This document shows, one piece after another, positions 63,231 to 64,000 of a stretch of DNA of 64,000 nucleotides. Origin of the DNA: an uncultured Syntrophaceae bacterium. GTDB taxonomy: Bacteria; Desulfobacterota; Syntrophia; Syntrophales; UBA5619. The notes beneath the pieces are model-generated. The model did not search any database. It was not told where the DNA came from and saw only the letters and a list, made by a program, of their open reading frames with translations. The stretch is taken from contig CAZWTL010000001.1 of the NCBI GenBank assembly GCA_964637025.1, positions 81,701 to 145,700 on the forward strand, given 5' to 3'. Made by a program: the position numbers and the translations under genes. Numbering within the stretch: position 1 is the first letter of the stretch; every line of letters begins with the position of its first letter.

Positions 63231-64000
63231 ATGGAATACTTCACCATATTGAATCTGGTCCGTGAGCCCTTTTCCAATTCGCCCGAACCGGATCTTTTCT
63301 ACCAATCGCCCAAGCACGTCCGCTGCCTGCAGAACCTCGAGCTGGCCATCCGCCTGCGCCGGGGGCTCAACGTGGTCCTGGGCCGTGTGGGCACCGGCAA
63401 GACGACCCTCTGCCGCCACATGATCGGCCGGTTCGCCGGTGAGGGGGCGGGCGACAACGCCATCGAGACGCACCTGCTGATGGACCCCTCCTTCAGCACC
63501 CCCCGGGAATTCCTCACCACCGTGGCCGCGGGGTTCGGCATGGCCCCCAAAGCCGGGGAGGCGGCCGCCGGTCCCGGCATGACCGACTGGCAGCTCAAGG
63601 AGGCCATCAAGGATTACCTCTTCAAGAAGGGGGTCGAAGAGAAGGCGATCGTGGCCCTCATCATCGACGAGGGGCAGAAGCTCCCGGAGTATTGCCTGGA
63701 GATCCTGCGGGAATTCCTCAATTACGAGACCAACGAGAACAAGCTGCTCCAGATCGTCATCTTCGCCCAGCCCGAATTCCGGCAGGTTCTCGACCGGCTC
63801 GAAAACTTCGCGGACCGGGTGAACCTGCTTTACGTGCTGCAGCCCCTGAATTTCCGGGAGACGCGGGACATGATCCGGTTCCGCCTGACCCGGGCCGGCG
63901 AACCGGGATCCGTCCCGGAGCTTTTTACCCCCCTGGGGCTGCTGGCGGTCTATCTGGCCACCGGCGGCTACCCGAGGAAGATCGTCACCCTCTGCCACCA
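63231..64000 (+). CDS. Second ExeA/MshM-like AAA ATPase; 3' end cut by window edge
   Basis: My translation from ATG 63231: 'MEYFTILNLVREPFSNSPEPDLFYQSPKHVRCLQNLELAIRLRRGLNVVLGRVGTGKTTLCRHM...IIDEGQKL'. The frame is open to nt 64000, and it is not in the supplied ORF track because no stop is reached. Confidence 0.8.
   Translation, partial: MEYFTILNLVREPFSNSPEPDLFYQSPKHVRCLQNLELAIRLRRGLNVVLGRVGTGKTTLCRHMIGRFAGEGAGDNAIETHLLMDPSFSTPREFLTTVAAGFGMAPKAGEAAAGPGMTDWQLKEAIKDYLFKKGVEEKAIVALIIDEGQKLPEYCLEILREFLNYETNENKLLQIVIFAQPEFRQVLDRLENFADRVNLLYVLQPLNFRETRDMIRFRLTRAGEPGSVPELFTPLGLLAVYLATGGYPRKIVTLCH

Noticed and set aside
1-64000. Scan for CRISPR arrays, IS elements/transposases, integrases, phage genes, toxin-antitoxin or known defence-system genes
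   Set aside because: None recognised. There are no regularly spaced direct repeats and no transposase, recombinase, reverse-transcriptase or nuclease-NTPase defence-type proteins among the supported ORFs. The window looks like core chromosome.

Overview
GC-rich chromosomal segment with tightly packed, mostly housekeeping and anaerobic-metabolism genes. The gene content suggests a Desulfobacterota (deltaproteobacterium)-like anaerobe: hybrid cluster protein, ADP-forming acyl-CoA synthetases, sigma54 regulation, a TAXI-TRAP transporter and a VKOR-type disulfide system. I call about 55 CDS, one tRNA-Leu(CAG), and several promoters, terminators and operator-like palindromes. I found no rRNA, CRISPR array, transposase, integrase or prophage genes. 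Main observations: (1) A CoA-disulfide-reductase/NADH-oxidase-family gene is interrupted by an in-frame UGA exactly at the redox-active Cys position, followed by a SECIS-like hairpin. It is probably a selenoprotein that ORF callers split. (2) A PAS/sigma54 enhancer-binding protein sits next to a palindromic UAS and a textbook -24/-12 promoter driving a NifX-like/zinc-ribbon fusion plus a DUF5320 protein. (3) A ten-gene minus-strand operon combines a TPP enzyme, a TAXI-TRAP transporter, an ALDH7-type dehydrogenase, a racemase and a five-subunit flavo-Fe-S dehydrogenase. I infer cyclic imino acid (pipecolate/proline-type) catabolism, with operator-like palindromes in its promoter. (4) A promoter-to-terminator unit of about 65 nt lies upstream of rhlE (candidate sRNA or attenuator). 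(5) An MSHA-like PilMN/O/P/secretin module is bracketed by two ExeA-like ATPases and coupled to a low-molecular-weight phosphatase. All functional calls rest on motif recognition by eye; no database search was run.
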